64,000 nt of DNA, from NCBI GenBank assembly GCA_036170915.1, contig JAVHQC010000022.1:223420-287419 (forward strand), given 5' to 3'. The notes under the pieces are model-generated. The model made no database searches and had not been told where the DNA came from. It saw only the letters and a list, made by a program, of their open reading frames with translations. A program made the position numbers and the translations under genes. This document shows positions 17,115 to 26,522 of the stretch, one piece after another. This DNA comes from Cyanobacteria bacterium auto_48_18. GTDB lineage: Bacteria; Cyanobacteriota; Vampirovibrionia; Obscuribacterales; Obscuribacteraceae. Numbering within the stretch: the stretch's first letter is position 1; every line of letters begins with the position of its first letter.

Positions 17115-18571
17115 TATTCACCAGCCTCGAATATATTCTCTTCCTCCCCATTGTTGTGGCACTCTTCTGGCTTTTGCCCAAGTTTTGCCGGCTGCCTATG
17201 CTGCTTGTGGCCAGCTATTACTTTTACATGAGTTTCATTCCGCAGTTTATTTTATTGATACTACCTATGACTCTAGCCAATTGGCTCTGGGGCAAGGTAA
17301 TGGCCCGTGACCACACCAATAAGCGGAATTTAGCCATTGGTATCACTGCTAATTTAGTGGTGTTGGCCATATTTAAGTACGCCAACTTTTTTGCTGATTC
17401 TTTTGAGCGAGTGGCAAAAGTAGCTAGCGGCAAAGATCTTTTCAATTTTGATTTGCATATCATTTTGCCTCTGGGTATTTCATTTTTTACTTTTGAATTT
17501 ATCCACTATCTTTTCGAAATTTATCGGGGCAAAAAACCGATTGATTCTTTTGTTGTTTTTGCTCTTTTTGCGGCTTTCTTTCCCACCCAAATTGCCGGCC
17601 CAATCAAGCGCTATCCTGACTTTCTCGAGCAGATGAAAGCCGACAATAAAATTCAGCTTTCTTATTTTGATGAAGGCATTCCACTGATTATTATTGGTAT
17701 GGCCAAAAAATTATTGTTGGCCGACAATCTTGCCGTTTTCGTGCAAATGGGCGTTAGCAGCCCTTATAACTATAGTGGCTTAGAGTTGTGGCTCTTTGCC
17801 TATGCCTTTGCTTTTCAAATTTACTTTGATTTTTCCGGTTATACCGATATCGGCCGCGGCTCGGCCATGCTTTTCGGCTATCACATACCGATTAATTTCA
17901 ATATGCCTTATATTGCCTCAAACATTTCAGATTTTTGGCGCAGGTGGCATGTCTCGCTTTCTACCTGGCTGCGCGACTATCTTTTCATTCCTCTAGGTGG
18001 GTCGAGAGCCTCACACTGGATGGTTAATCGCAATCTTTTCCTCACCATGGCGCTTGGTGGTTTGTGGCATGGTGCCGCCTGGAATTTTGTTGTCTGGGGC
18101 ATTTATCACGGCCTGGCTTTAATCGCCCACAGGGAATTTTCAATGTGGAAAGAAGCCACCTCACCGGTTAAAGCTTTCCTTGCCAGGCCAGGTGTGGCAA
18201 CGTGCTTTCATTATTTCTCTCTCTTTCTCACTTTTCAAACCGTCTGTATCGGCTGGGTCTTCTTCCGTATGCAAGACATTGGTTTAGCCTGGGTGATGAT
18301 TCGTCGTATGCTCACTTTGAAGCCCCTTTACAGTCTAGCTGACCATCAATTTTTGGTGATGAAACCAGAACTACCGGTGGTGGTGCCCGTGGTGATTATT
18401 ATGGTGGCGGTGCTTTTGCTTGCTAATTTGCCCATTTCAGCGCTAAACGAGAAAAAAGTTTTTCAAAACCTTCCGGCCTTTGTTAAAGCGGCTTACTGCG
18501 CCATTTTGATTTTGACAATGATAATTTTTCTGCCAGATACTTCGCAGCCTTTTATCTATTTCCAGTTTTAG
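17111..18571 (+). CDS. MBOAT family O-acyltransferase (AlgI/PatA-like)
   Basis: LPLGISFFTF, FFPTQIAGPI, QIYFDFSGYTD, DFWRRWHVSLSTWLRDYLFIPLGG, GLWHGA, C-terminal PFIYFQF. Confidence 0.93.
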   Translation: MIFTSLEYILFLPIVVALFWLLPKFCRLPMLLVASYYFYMSFIPQFILLILPMTLANWLWGKVMARDHTNKRNLAIGITANLVVLAIFKYANFFADSFERVAKVASGKDLFNFDLHIILPLGISFFTFEFIHYLFEIYRGKKPIDSFVVFALFAAFFPTQIAGPIKRYPDFLEQMKADNKIQLSYFDEGIPLIIIGMAKKLLLADNLAVFVQMGVSSPYNYSGLELWLFAYAFAFQIYFDFSGYTDIGRGSAMLFGYHIPINFNMPYIASNISDFWRRWHVSLSTWLRDYLFIPLGGSRASHWMVNRNLFLTMALGGLWHGAAWNFVVWGIYHGLALIAHREFSMWKEATSPVKAFLARPGVATCFHYFSLFLTFQTVCIGWVFFRMQDIGLAWVMIRRMLTLKPLYSLADHQFLVMKPELPVVVPVVIIMVAVLLLANLPISALNEKKVFQNLPAFVKAAYCAILILTMIIFLPDTSQPFIYFQF

Positions 18572-19268
18572 ACTGCTTGGTCGATTTGTCTAAGTCAGGC
18601 ATTTTGATAGTTGCCATAACGCTTGTACTGGTGGGTCTCAGCACTCTTCTCAAATACCTGGCGTCAGTCTCCCACGGCTTGGGTAAGTATCCTGTCAGTT
18701 TTTTCAAGCTCCGTTTTGCCGCCATGGTGCGCTCTTCATCCTGATAATAGCCAGCGCCCAAACCAATACCCTTATACGTCAAGCCTTTTTCGTCTCCAGC
18801 CTCATTGCGCACTACAATCAGCAGTTCTTGAATGCAGCGGTTGAAAAGTTCGGGATCTTTGTCGACCTGATTTGATAGTTTCTCTTCTAGTGCTGTGGCG
18901 TAAAGATTATGCACGTCTATGTCATCAGGGTCTAGCTTCACAGCCTTAGCGAGCAGCACTATAGCTCGTTGATAATTGTGGTGGCGCAGATGTTGTCTGG
19001 CTGTCATAAGCAAAGTACGAGCGTTGGTTTCGCCGAAGACGTCATCGTAGTCGCGCAGAGGCTGCTGAGTCTCTGTGTCTGAATTTAGATTTGCATTTAG
19101 ATTTGCATTTGCATTTGTATTTGTATTTTGACTGGTACTTTGGGCCTGAGCTATGCTGCCACTGGCGCCCCAGTCATTGCAGCAAGAAGCTAGTAATAGC
19201 ACCAGGGTCAGAAACTGAGTGCGAAATTTAACTGTTATATTGATTTTTGGACTGCTTAAGAATGTCAT
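18552..19268 (-). CDS. Exported TPR-containing hypothetical protein
   Basis: Signal-like hydrophobic segment, Asn-rich linker, TPR-like YQRAIVLLAKAVKLDPDD. Start uncertain (track 19328). Confidence 0.6.
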   Translation of the reverse strand: MTFLSSPKINITVKFRTQFLTLVLLLASCCNDWGASGSIAQAQSTSQNTNTNANANLNANLNSDTETQQPLRDYDDVFGETNARTLLMTARQHLRHHNYQRAIVLLAKAVKLDPDDIDVHNLYATALEEKLSNQVDKDPELFNRCIQELLIVVRNEAGDEKGLTYKGIGLGAGYYQDEERTMAAKRSLKKLTGYLPKPWETDARYLRRVLRPTSTSVMATIKMPDLDKSTKQSKTGNR

Positions 19269-19640
19269 TTTTCTCTGCTCGTTTCGGCGATGCTTGCCTA
19301 TGAAAACAGAGCAGCAGTATTGTGTCAAATGGCTCTGTGATTGCTTTGTAAAGACTTCTATACAGTCTTCTTGCAGTCTTTACGTAGTATCGCATGTGGT
19401 GTGTAGTACGCAAAACGGCCCCGGTACAGCTTAATGCTTGTCACTCAAGTCATTGCTCTTAAACTTCCTTGCTTAGACAGAAAAATTTTGCATCGAAAAA
19501 AGGGCTTTCAGGATTTTCTGTAAAGGAACAAAAATATAAAAATATTTGCCCCAAGAATATTTGGTGCAAAAACATTGAACTTTTTGCTCTGTTTTTACGT
19601 TGTTAGTAATAGAGACTCAACAGCAATGGAGGTTTAAGCT

Positions 19641-19724
19641 GTGGAAGAAATTTTGTATTGCGCCGGTTGTTTGTTTTCGGCAATTTATTTGTTGATCTTG
19701 GCCGTCTGGGTGACCAGGCTATGA
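19641..19724 (+). CDS. Putative 27-aa single-TM small protein (MEEILYCAGCLFSAIYLLILAVWVTRL)
   Basis: GGAGGT SD at 19628-19633, GTG 19641, TGA 19722-19724; hydrophobic; below the ORF-track cutoff. Confidence 0.45.
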   Translation: MEEILYCAGCLFSAIYLLILAVWVTRL

Positions 19725-19826
19725 TCTTTTTCACCTATATAGGCAGTAAAAAATGCCATACTTGACGACCGTTGCCATTGGGAGAATATCCTCATTACGG
19801 TCTCTAGTCTTAAATCACCGCAGTAC

Positions 19827-20999
19827 TTGCCGGCCGTGGACGGCCTGCGCGCTATATCTATACTCGGAGTACTGGCTTTTCACGGTGTCAATTTCTTACA
19901 TTGTGTCTTTGGCCGGGGCGGCTGGTTGGGCGTTGACATATTTTTCGTGATTTCAGGTTTTCTCATTTCACGCCTGGCCTTTGCCGAAATTGAACGCACT
20001 GGCAGCTTTAACGTCAAACGTTTCTTCACCAGCCGGCTATTGCGCATTAGCCCGGCAGTCTGGGTGATGCTCGCCTTTTGCGCCATATTCAATCCGTTCA
20101 ATACGGTTGAGAGCGTCAATAGAACGGCCATTGCCATCGCCGCGCTCAATTTGACTGACTATGATTTGGCCCTGCAATGGGGCAATTCTGGAAAATCACT
20201 GGTGGCCGTTTGCTGGTCGCTGGCAATTGAAGAGAAATTTTATCTACTCTTCCCTTTTCTGATGCTTTTCTACAAACGCTTTCGCACTCCCGCCGTAATC
20301 GTGGCGCTGATTGTGGTAGCTGAGGCCTGGAAAGGTTATTTGATTAGTTCAGGAGTTGATTGGGTGCGCATCACCGCTGCTTTTGACACCAGGTTTGACG
20401 AGATTCTGTTTGGTTGCCTGGGCGCCAGTATCCTGTCTCAGGCCCAGGGTGCAAGACAACCCGCCAAACAGTACGTTGATAGAGCCATGAAGTTATTGGC
20501 GCATCCGCTGACAACGACGGTGATTGTCATTGCCGCCTGGTATTTGTTGCGGCACTTCATGCATCCTACCGAATTAATTACCACCGCTCAGAAACAGCTC
20601 TACTGGCTCTTGTTTGTACCTATCTTTGCTTCTCTAATTAGTTTGCTACTGATGTCTTTTGCCCTGGCACAGTCATACGGGCGTGTTAGCTGGGTGGCTA
20701 GATTGCTTAGCGTGCCACCAATGCTGGCTGTGGGAAAACTTTCTTACAGCATTTACTTGTGGCACTCTGTGGCCTTTTTCGCTATTACTCAGATATTGGG
20801 AGACGTGGGTATTGTCTCTGATCTGGCTAAAGTGGCGTTTACGCTAGTGGTTGCTACCGCCTCTTATTTCTTGATTGAAAAACCATTCTTGACGATTAAG
20901 AAGCGCATGGCCGTTAGAGCTTTAGATCTGAAACTTGATGACGCAGTAACCGCAGGTGGTGCACAAAAAGTGCCGACTGCCATTTCTACCGGGGTTTAA
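19827..20999 (+). CDS. Acyltransferase family 3 (OafA-like)
   Basis: DGLRAI, GVDIFFVISGFLI, WSLAIEEKFY, SYSIYLWH, SYFLIEKP. True start may lie slightly upstream. Confidence 0.9.
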   Translation: MPAVDGLRAISILGVLAFHGVNFLHCVFGRGGWLGVDIFFVISGFLISRLAFAEIERTGSFNVKRFFTSRLLRISPAVWVMLAFCAIFNPFNTVESVNRTAIAIAALNLTDYDLALQWGNSGKSLVAVCWSLAIEEKFYLLFPFLMLFYKRFRTPAVIVALIVVAEAWKGYLISSGVDWVRITAAFDTRFDEILFGCLGASILSQAQGARQPAKQYVDRAMKLLAHPLTTTVIVIAAWYLLRHFMHPTELITTAQKQLYWLLFVPIFASLISLLLMSFALAQSYGRVSWVARLLSVPPMLAVGKLSYSIYLWHSVAFFAITQILGDVGIVSDLAKVAFTLVVATASYFLIEKPFLTIKKRMAVRALDLKLDDAVTAGGAQKVPTAISTGV

Positions 21000-22133
21000 A
21001 TGACTACTCTCATCACTCCTGTATTGGTTGAAAACAAAGGTGAAAGCGCTGCGCATAGTGAGCCAGCGCCTCCAGTCATCAAGAAAACTGCCATCAAAGA
21101 AGACGGCAATACTTTTAATATCGTCAGGCTTGTTGCGGCATTAATGGTGATTTTCTCGCATTGCTTCCCTCTGCTGGCCAAGCCTGATAGAACTGGCTAC
21201 GGCGAATGGCAAGGGCCCCTGGCTGTGTGGATTTTCTTTGTCATCAGTGGCTTTTTGATTACCGGCAGCTACAAGCACACTGGCAACATAGCCATTTTTA
21301 TTGGTTCGCGAGTACTCAGAGTCTGGCCGGCCTTGATTGCAGTGACTTTGATTTCTGTTTTTCTGATTGGTCCTGCTGTTACAACTTGCAGCCTGCCTGC
21401 ATATTTTGCTGACCCGGCCACCTCTAACTATCTAAAGAATATCCAGCTGCTTTATATTCACTACCCTCTTCCTGGGGTGTTTGAGCACAATTTTTATCCT
21501 GGTGCTGTAAATGGATCAATCTGGTCTATTCCCTTAGAAATACTCATGTATCTGGTCACCTGCGTACTTGGAATTTCAGGCCTGTTGCGTCGTCGTTATT
21601 TGGCTCTGGCAGCATGGACAGTGCTTTTCATTAGCGGCTTGCCCAATATCGGTTCTCCTAATATCGACAAGCTTCAGCCTATTGCCTGGCTGGGTACTCT
21701 GGCAACTATCAAGTATCCGGTGCTGTGCTATTTGACCGGCACACTGCTTTATCTTTTTAAAGAACAAATACGGCCATCCATTCGATTATCGGTTGTACTG
21801 CTGGTGGCCGCTGCACTCTTTGCCAAGATCGATCTCTACACGGCGTCGATAGTGCTCTTACCTCTAGGCATTCTTACTTTCGCCCTGCGGCCAACTAAGA
21901 TCAATTTGTTCAGCAAGCTCGGCGACTATTCTTACGGCATTTATCTGTGGGCTTTCCCTGTGCAACAGCTGCTTGTACATTTCTATCCAAGAATAAGTTT
22001 CTGGCAATTATTCATATTTGCCAGCTTGCTATCAATTGCCTGCGGTGCAATCTCATGGTACATAGTTGAAAAGCCTTGTCTGGCTTTCAAGAAAAAACTA
22101 CCAAAGCTTTACGCCATGTGGGCAGCAGACTAA
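21000..22133 (+). CDS. Acyltransferase family 3
   Basis: RLVAALMVIFSH, FFVISGFLI, NGSIWSIPLE, DYSYGIYLWAFPVQQ, SWYIVEKP. Confidence 0.9.
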   Translation: MTTLITPVLVENKGESAAHSEPAPPVIKKTAIKEDGNTFNIVRLVAALMVIFSHCFPLLAKPDRTGYGEWQGPLAVWIFFVISGFLITGSYKHTGNIAIFIGSRVLRVWPALIAVTLISVFLIGPAVTTCSLPAYFADPATSNYLKNIQLLYIHYPLPGVFEHNFYPGAVNGSIWSIPLEILMYLVTCVLGISGLLRRRYLALAAWTVLFISGLPNIGSPNIDKLQPIAWLGTLATIKYPVLCYLTGTLLYLFKEQIRPSIRLSVVLLVAAALFAKIDLYTASIVLLPLGILTFALRPTKINLFSKLGDYSYGIYLWAFPVQQLLVHFYPRISFWQLFIFASLLSIACGAISWYIVEKPCLAFKKKLPKLYAMWAAD

Positions 22134-22163
22134 AAAGCGAAATTTTCTCAGTTAAGCGCAGCT

Positions 22164-23381
22164 TTAAGCTGGGGCCGACCAGCCAAAGCAGTCTAAAGTG
22201 TCATCAATACTGAGGTTGTTGTCTAAGGCGTATGTCACTGCGATAGTGGCCTGCTCTAGCTGAATCAAATTGTGATCAAGATAAGTTTTGCATTGTGCCG
22301 CCAGTTCAAGCACTCGCTGGTCGATTAATTTGGCGTCAAAAAGAGTTTTCAGCAAAGGTTGTCTGTTAGCTAGAGCTAGAGCTGTTGCTATTTGCAGCTC
22401 TTTATCTGAAAGCAGACCCGCCTTTTTGAGAATGTCGGCGACTTCATATTTAGGTTTCTCGTCTTCTTCATCAGACATTTCATTTAGCGCCGAAAGCGCG
22501 CGGTTGAGGTCTTCATTAGAAGTGGCGAACTGAATCTGTTTAACTATCTGAGCGGCCTGATCTTCAAAGAGCATGCCTTCGCGAATCATCTTCAACAAGT
22601 GGTTAATGGCCTGCATACAAGGGCCAGTAGCAAAGCCGCTTTCCACTATAATCTGGTCCAGCGGTTTCTCTTCAGTCGCTTCCAGCTCACGTGCCGCCAT
22701 CAATTGACTTTCCGAGATGGCACCCGCCATTACCAGCAGTTCACCACTACCGAAATCACCCTGCACAATGGTGGTATCAATATTACTTTCTTGCAGTGAC
22801 TGAGTCAGACTGATGGCTCTAAGCCTGGCATTTTTCAGGGCAAAGATTATTTGATTGCGCTCCGCCACTTCCGTACGTATCAGCTTTTGAGCCATGAGCG
22901 CCGAATTGAGGCCGGCGCGGGTAACAATGCCTTTGCTCAAGAGCACCATCCCCAGTGGCAAGCCACTTTCTGCCGCTGCGATCATACTTTCTTCTACTTG
23001 TTTAGGCGAAACATAACCGGCCTGCATCAAAATTTCGCCCAGGCGATTGCTGGTGGGTACCGGCTTAACTTCGGCTTTAGGTGCCAGTTTGAGCAAGGCG
23101 TCGTCAAGGCTTAAACCTTCTCTAGCGACAATATTGAGAGCGCGCACAGCGTGATCGACGGGCAATGCTTTGTCTTTAATGCGCGATTGCACTTCGATAG
23201 CTGTGGCCAGCAGTGGATCGGACAAATGCCCGTGCATAGTAAGAATGCGGCCAATGGGCAGGCGCATTTTGACCGCTAATCTGTTTACTTCATCCAAAAG
23301 TTCTGGTGCGACGATCCCGCTACGAACAAGCAGATCCCCGATTTGCATTGTGGCAGCGTTGGCTGTCGCTTCTTCGGACAT
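22164..23381 (-). CDS. Protein built from four tandem MshEN-like (c-di-GMP-binding type) modules
   Basis: About 100-aa period: QIGDLLVRSGIV, RLGEILMQAGYV, GSGELLVMAGAI, EVADILKKAGLL, each followed by a second half-motif. Confidence 0.65.
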   Translation of the reverse strand: MSEEATANAATMQIGDLLVRSGIVAPELLDEVNRLAVKMRLPIGRILTMHGHLSDPLLATAIEVQSRIKDKALPVDHAVRALNIVAREGLSLDDALLKLAPKAEVKPVPTSNRLGEILMQAGYVSPKQVEESMIAAAESGLPLGMVLLSKGIVTRAGLNSALMAQKLIRTEVAERNQIIFALKNARLRAISLTQSLQESNIDTTIVQGDFGSGELLVMAGAISESQLMAARELEATEEKPLDQIIVESGFATGPCMQAINHLLKMIREGMLFEDQAAQIVKQIQFATSNEDLNRALSALNEMSDEEDEKPKYEVADILKKAGLLSDKELQIATALALANRQPLLKTLFDAKLIDQRVLELAAQCKTYLDHNLIQLEQATIAVTYALDNNLSIDDTLDCFGWSAPA

Positions 23382-25501
23382 TAATCTCTCTTACTGGTGC
23401 GGGCGAGAACGATAGGGAAGGTGCCTTCTTTAGCCTCGGCATGAGCGTCAACAGCGGCTTGAATTAGTGATTCAAGGTCTTCACCGTCAGAAGGTAGATT
23501 GGCGACACCAAATGCTAGAGAAAGATTCGCTTTGTCGATGCCAGGCACCAGTGGCGTAACTGTTAATGAGTCGAGTACTCGATTGGCCACAAATGCCGCT
23601 TGTGACGCTCTGGTGTTGGGCATGAGAATGGCGAAATCTTGGCCGTAGAAGTGAGCCAGGGTATCTAGTGGTCTTTTGACCAGACCAATACGTGTAGCCG
23701 CAGTTGCCAGGGCCTCCACCGGTAAAGGATCTTTTTCGATAATGCCACTATTGCCGGTGCGCTTAAGCATTAGTTCGAAGACTACAAGCGACATGGGCCA
23801 GTTGTAAGCATCGTAGCGATAGTATTCGTATTCCATAAAGTAGAGCAAAGCTTCGCAGCTCATCACACCAGTATCGGTGCGTACAAAGTTGTAGGCGAGG
23901 TTTTGAATAATCTGTTTGGAATCGCCCAGAAAATCTAAGGCGCCACCACGGGTAGCGGCAGGTGGCCGAATTTCAAGCAAGTTGCAGTAGAGCAAATTGA
24001 AAAGTAGCGGTGCCCATTGAGTCTGCTCCATCGGCCGATCGCGCAGCAGATCTGTAAAAGTGGTTTTATGTTTGAGCGACTCATAAACTTCTTTTTGCGT
24101 GGCAAAGTCTAGTGGCACACCTTTAGTCAACATCAATTTCAGTTCAGGCTCACCCAGATTTTTTTGTTTCTGAGCCAGAATTGATTCGTAAACCAAACCA
24201 GCTCTCTCAAGAAATTTGAGCTGGTCCAAAAGGGCTATCCCTTCCAACACTGAAGTTTGTAAACTTTTTTCTACCGAATGCATCTCGGTGCGCACGCTCG
24301 GTTTAAAAAGAAAGTTGCCTGAGCGCCAGGTGACCAGTTCTTTAATCGCTTCGTCACCGCGGTTTGTTGAGGTTTGAGCGTCTTTAGGAATTCCGTTTTC
24401 AAAATAAACATGACCTACTGCGGCCGGACCGGCCACTTCCAATTTGCCGGTCAATTGCTGCATACCAATTGTGGTCAGCACATTGTTCATAGGATTGGTT
24501 TCAATAGAGCCCTCCATCTGGGAGGCCGGTCTCACCGGTGCAGCGGCTATGGTGGCCGGAGCATCTGAGAAGAAGTCGGCAGGCAAAGTGCCATCAGGCA
24601 TCTGGTTGCTGGGGGCAACTTGACTAGGAGCTGGACCGGGCTTGACTACAGGGTTGAAGCTGCTGCTGGAAAAACCAGGATTAGGCTGGGGAAAATTATT
24701 GGGTGCCTGAGGCGGTGCCAAGTTGTTGTTAGCGGCGGGCTGATATTGAGCAAAGTTGCCCGTAGCTGAGGCTTGCTGTATTGCCTGGGCAAAACTACCG
24801 CTAGGTGTATTTGCTTGCGTCTGTGGCTGCTGAAAGTTGCCTGTTGGTGGTGATTGAAAACTTCCGCTGGCCTGGTTTTGAAAATTTCCGGTTGATTGAT
24901 TTTGGAAACTTCCTGTCGATTGAGTTTGGGGCACATTCTGGAAACTTGACGACTGTTGGTTAATGGGCTCTACGCGCCAACCGTCAGTAGCAGCAGGATT
25001 AGTCTGTTGCTGGCCATTCGCCTGAGGGTTGGGTACAACAGGCTGATTACCGGAATTGGTGAAGGTTGTGCCCGATGGTGACATAGCAGCCATGCCCTGG
25101 CGCGTACCAAATTGACCGCTCACATTTGGCTTAAATGACCCGGTGGCTTGCGATTGCACCGCCTGCACCGTTCCTGTGGTTTTCTGGTGGGCAACATCAA
25201 GCATGGCCACCACATCGTAGATCATGTGTACGTCTGAAGTTTCAAAACGCCAGACCATCTTCGATTCGCGACCGTCGTTTTCCCAAATGTTCCAGACCGG
25301 ATGGGGCGTTACCCTGTCAAATTTGACGTGGATGCTGAATGACCGATAAGTATCGGGCACCTGCCAAACGAGCTCGACTTCCCGCGCACGATTCTCGCGG
25401 GCTTGCTCGTATAGCGACTGCAGCTCCTTGACGCCTGGTGCGACAGTTTGCTTCGGAAGCCTGATTTTAGATTGGTCGGAACCTCTGCCTGGACGAAACA
25501 T
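23381..25501 (-). CDS. DUF4388-like domain plus degenerate GGDEF domain protein with Q/N/P-rich linker
   Basis: TGKLEV..GHVYFENG..RGDEAIKELVTWRSGNFLF (DUF4388/PatA_N-like); RPLDTLAHFYGQDFAILMPNT and LAFGVA (GGDEF fold, signature lost). Confidence 0.75.
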   Translation of the reverse strand: MFRPGRGSDQSKIRLPKQTVAPGVKELQSLYEQARENRAREVELVWQVPDTYRSFSIHVKFDRVTPHPVWNIWENDGRESKMVWRFETSDVHMIYDVVAMLDVAHQKTTGTVQAVQSQATGSFKPNVSGQFGTRQGMAAMSPSGTTFTNSGNQPVVPNPQANGQQQTNPAATDGWRVEPINQQSSSFQNVPQTQSTGSFQNQSTGNFQNQASGSFQSPPTGNFQQPQTQANTPSGSFAQAIQQASATGNFAQYQPAANNNLAPPQAPNNFPQPNPGFSSSSFNPVVKPGPAPSQVAPSNQMPDGTLPADFFSDAPATIAAAPVRPASQMEGSIETNPMNNVLTTIGMQQLTGKLEVAGPAAVGHVYFENGIPKDAQTSTNRGDEAIKELVTWRSGNFLFKPSVRTEMHSVEKSLQTSVLEGIALLDQLKFLERAGLVYESILAQKQKNLGEPELKLMLTKGVPLDFATQKEVYESLKHKTTFTDLLRDRPMEQTQWAPLLFNLLYCNLLEIRPPAATRGGALDFLGDSKQIIQNLAYNFVRTDTGVMSCEALLYFMEYEYYRYDAYNWPMSLVVFELMLKRTGNSGIIEKDPLPVEALATAATRIGLVKRPLDTLAHFYGQDFAILMPNTRASQAAFVANRVLDSLTVTPLVPGIDKANLSLAFGVANLPSDGEDLESLIQAAVDAHAEAKEGTFPIVLARTSKRD

Positions 25502-25685
25502 AAGTGATTCTTCATTAGTAATTAGGTTACTAGTTTAAGGTACCACGGCAAGATTGACATCAATCTCACCAATCTCATATACGAAAGAAAAGAGGCAAAG
25601 CTTGTATTACTCTCATGGGAAGCGGGTTGCTGTGTGATAGCATCTTGCCATCTGGTCTTTAGACTTGCTGCTACTCAGGAGTTCC

Positions 25686-26495
25686 GTGTCGTTTCGAGTT
25701 GAAGTTTCTGCGCTTGCCAAGCGCTATAATATTTACGCCCGCCCGGTTGACCGGCTCAAAGAGCTGATGTGGCGGAATACTCGTAGTTATCACAAAGAAT
25801 ATTGGGCGTTAAGAGACATTAACATCCAATTTGCTCAAGGCGTCACAGCTTTAATTGGCCCCAACGGTTCTGGAAAATCTACGCTTTTACAGATCATTGC
25901 CGGAGTGCTTGAACCCACTGAAGGTACTGTTAAACGAAACGGCCGCATAACAGCCATATTAGAGCTCGGTGCCGGCTTTCAGGCCGACTTTAGCGGCCGC
26001 GAAAATGTGATTTTAAACGGCATGATTTTAGGTATGTCGCAAGACGAAATTATGGGCAGACTCGACTCTATTGCCGAATTTGCTGAACTGGGTGATTTTT
26101 TCGATCAACCAATCAAGACTTATTCAAGCGGTATGGTGGTGCGATTGGCCTTTGCCACCGCAGTTAGTGTGGACCCCGAGATTTTGATTGTAGATGAGGC
26201 CCTGGCAGTGGGCGATTCTTATTTCCAGAAGAAGTGTAAAGACCACATCTGGAAGATGAAAGAGCTTGGTAAGACCATTATTTTTTGTACCCACGATATG
26301 GGCGCGGTTAAAGACTGGTGCCAGCACGCCGTGCTTTTGAATGGCGGAAAAATAATGAGGCAGGGGCCAGTGCAAGAAGTGGTGCCTTTGTTTGAAGAAT
26401 TGATGGACAATCGCGAGCTGGTAGTAGAGAAGAAATTCACTGCACCGGTGGCGGTGGCCAAACCCAAGCGATTCAGCGAGCCACAGTCTGTTTAA
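25686..26495 (+). CDS. wzt: Wzt-type ABC glycan exporter ATP-binding subunit, short form
   Basis: WALRDI, GPNGSGKST, ILELGAGF, YSSGMVVRLAFA, DEALAVGD. GTG 25686 with AGGAG SD; track start is 25665. Confidence 0.9.
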   Translation: MSFRVEVSALAKRYNIYARPVDRLKELMWRNTRSYHKEYWALRDINIQFAQGVTALIGPNGSGKSTLLQIIAGVLEPTEGTVKRNGRITAILELGAGFQADFSGRENVILNGMILGMSQDEIMGRLDSIAEFAELGDFFDQPIKTYSSGMVVRLAFATAVSVDPEILIVDEALAVGDSYFQKKCKDHIWKMKELGKTIIFCTHDMGAVKDWCQHAVLLNGGKIMRQGPVQEVVPLFEELMDNRELVVEKKFTAPVAVAKPKRFSEPQSV

Positions 26496-26522
26496 GAAGT
26501 CTAAAAGTTCAAAAGTGAAGAT

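Noticed and set aside
19219..19434. 71-aa plus-strand and 61-aa minus-strand ORFs near the TPR gene start
   Set aside because: No clear SD or motifs, and they overlap the TPR gene 5' region.
23381..23900. Active diguanylate cyclase
   Set aside because: Signature reads YGQDF rather than GG(D/E)EF.
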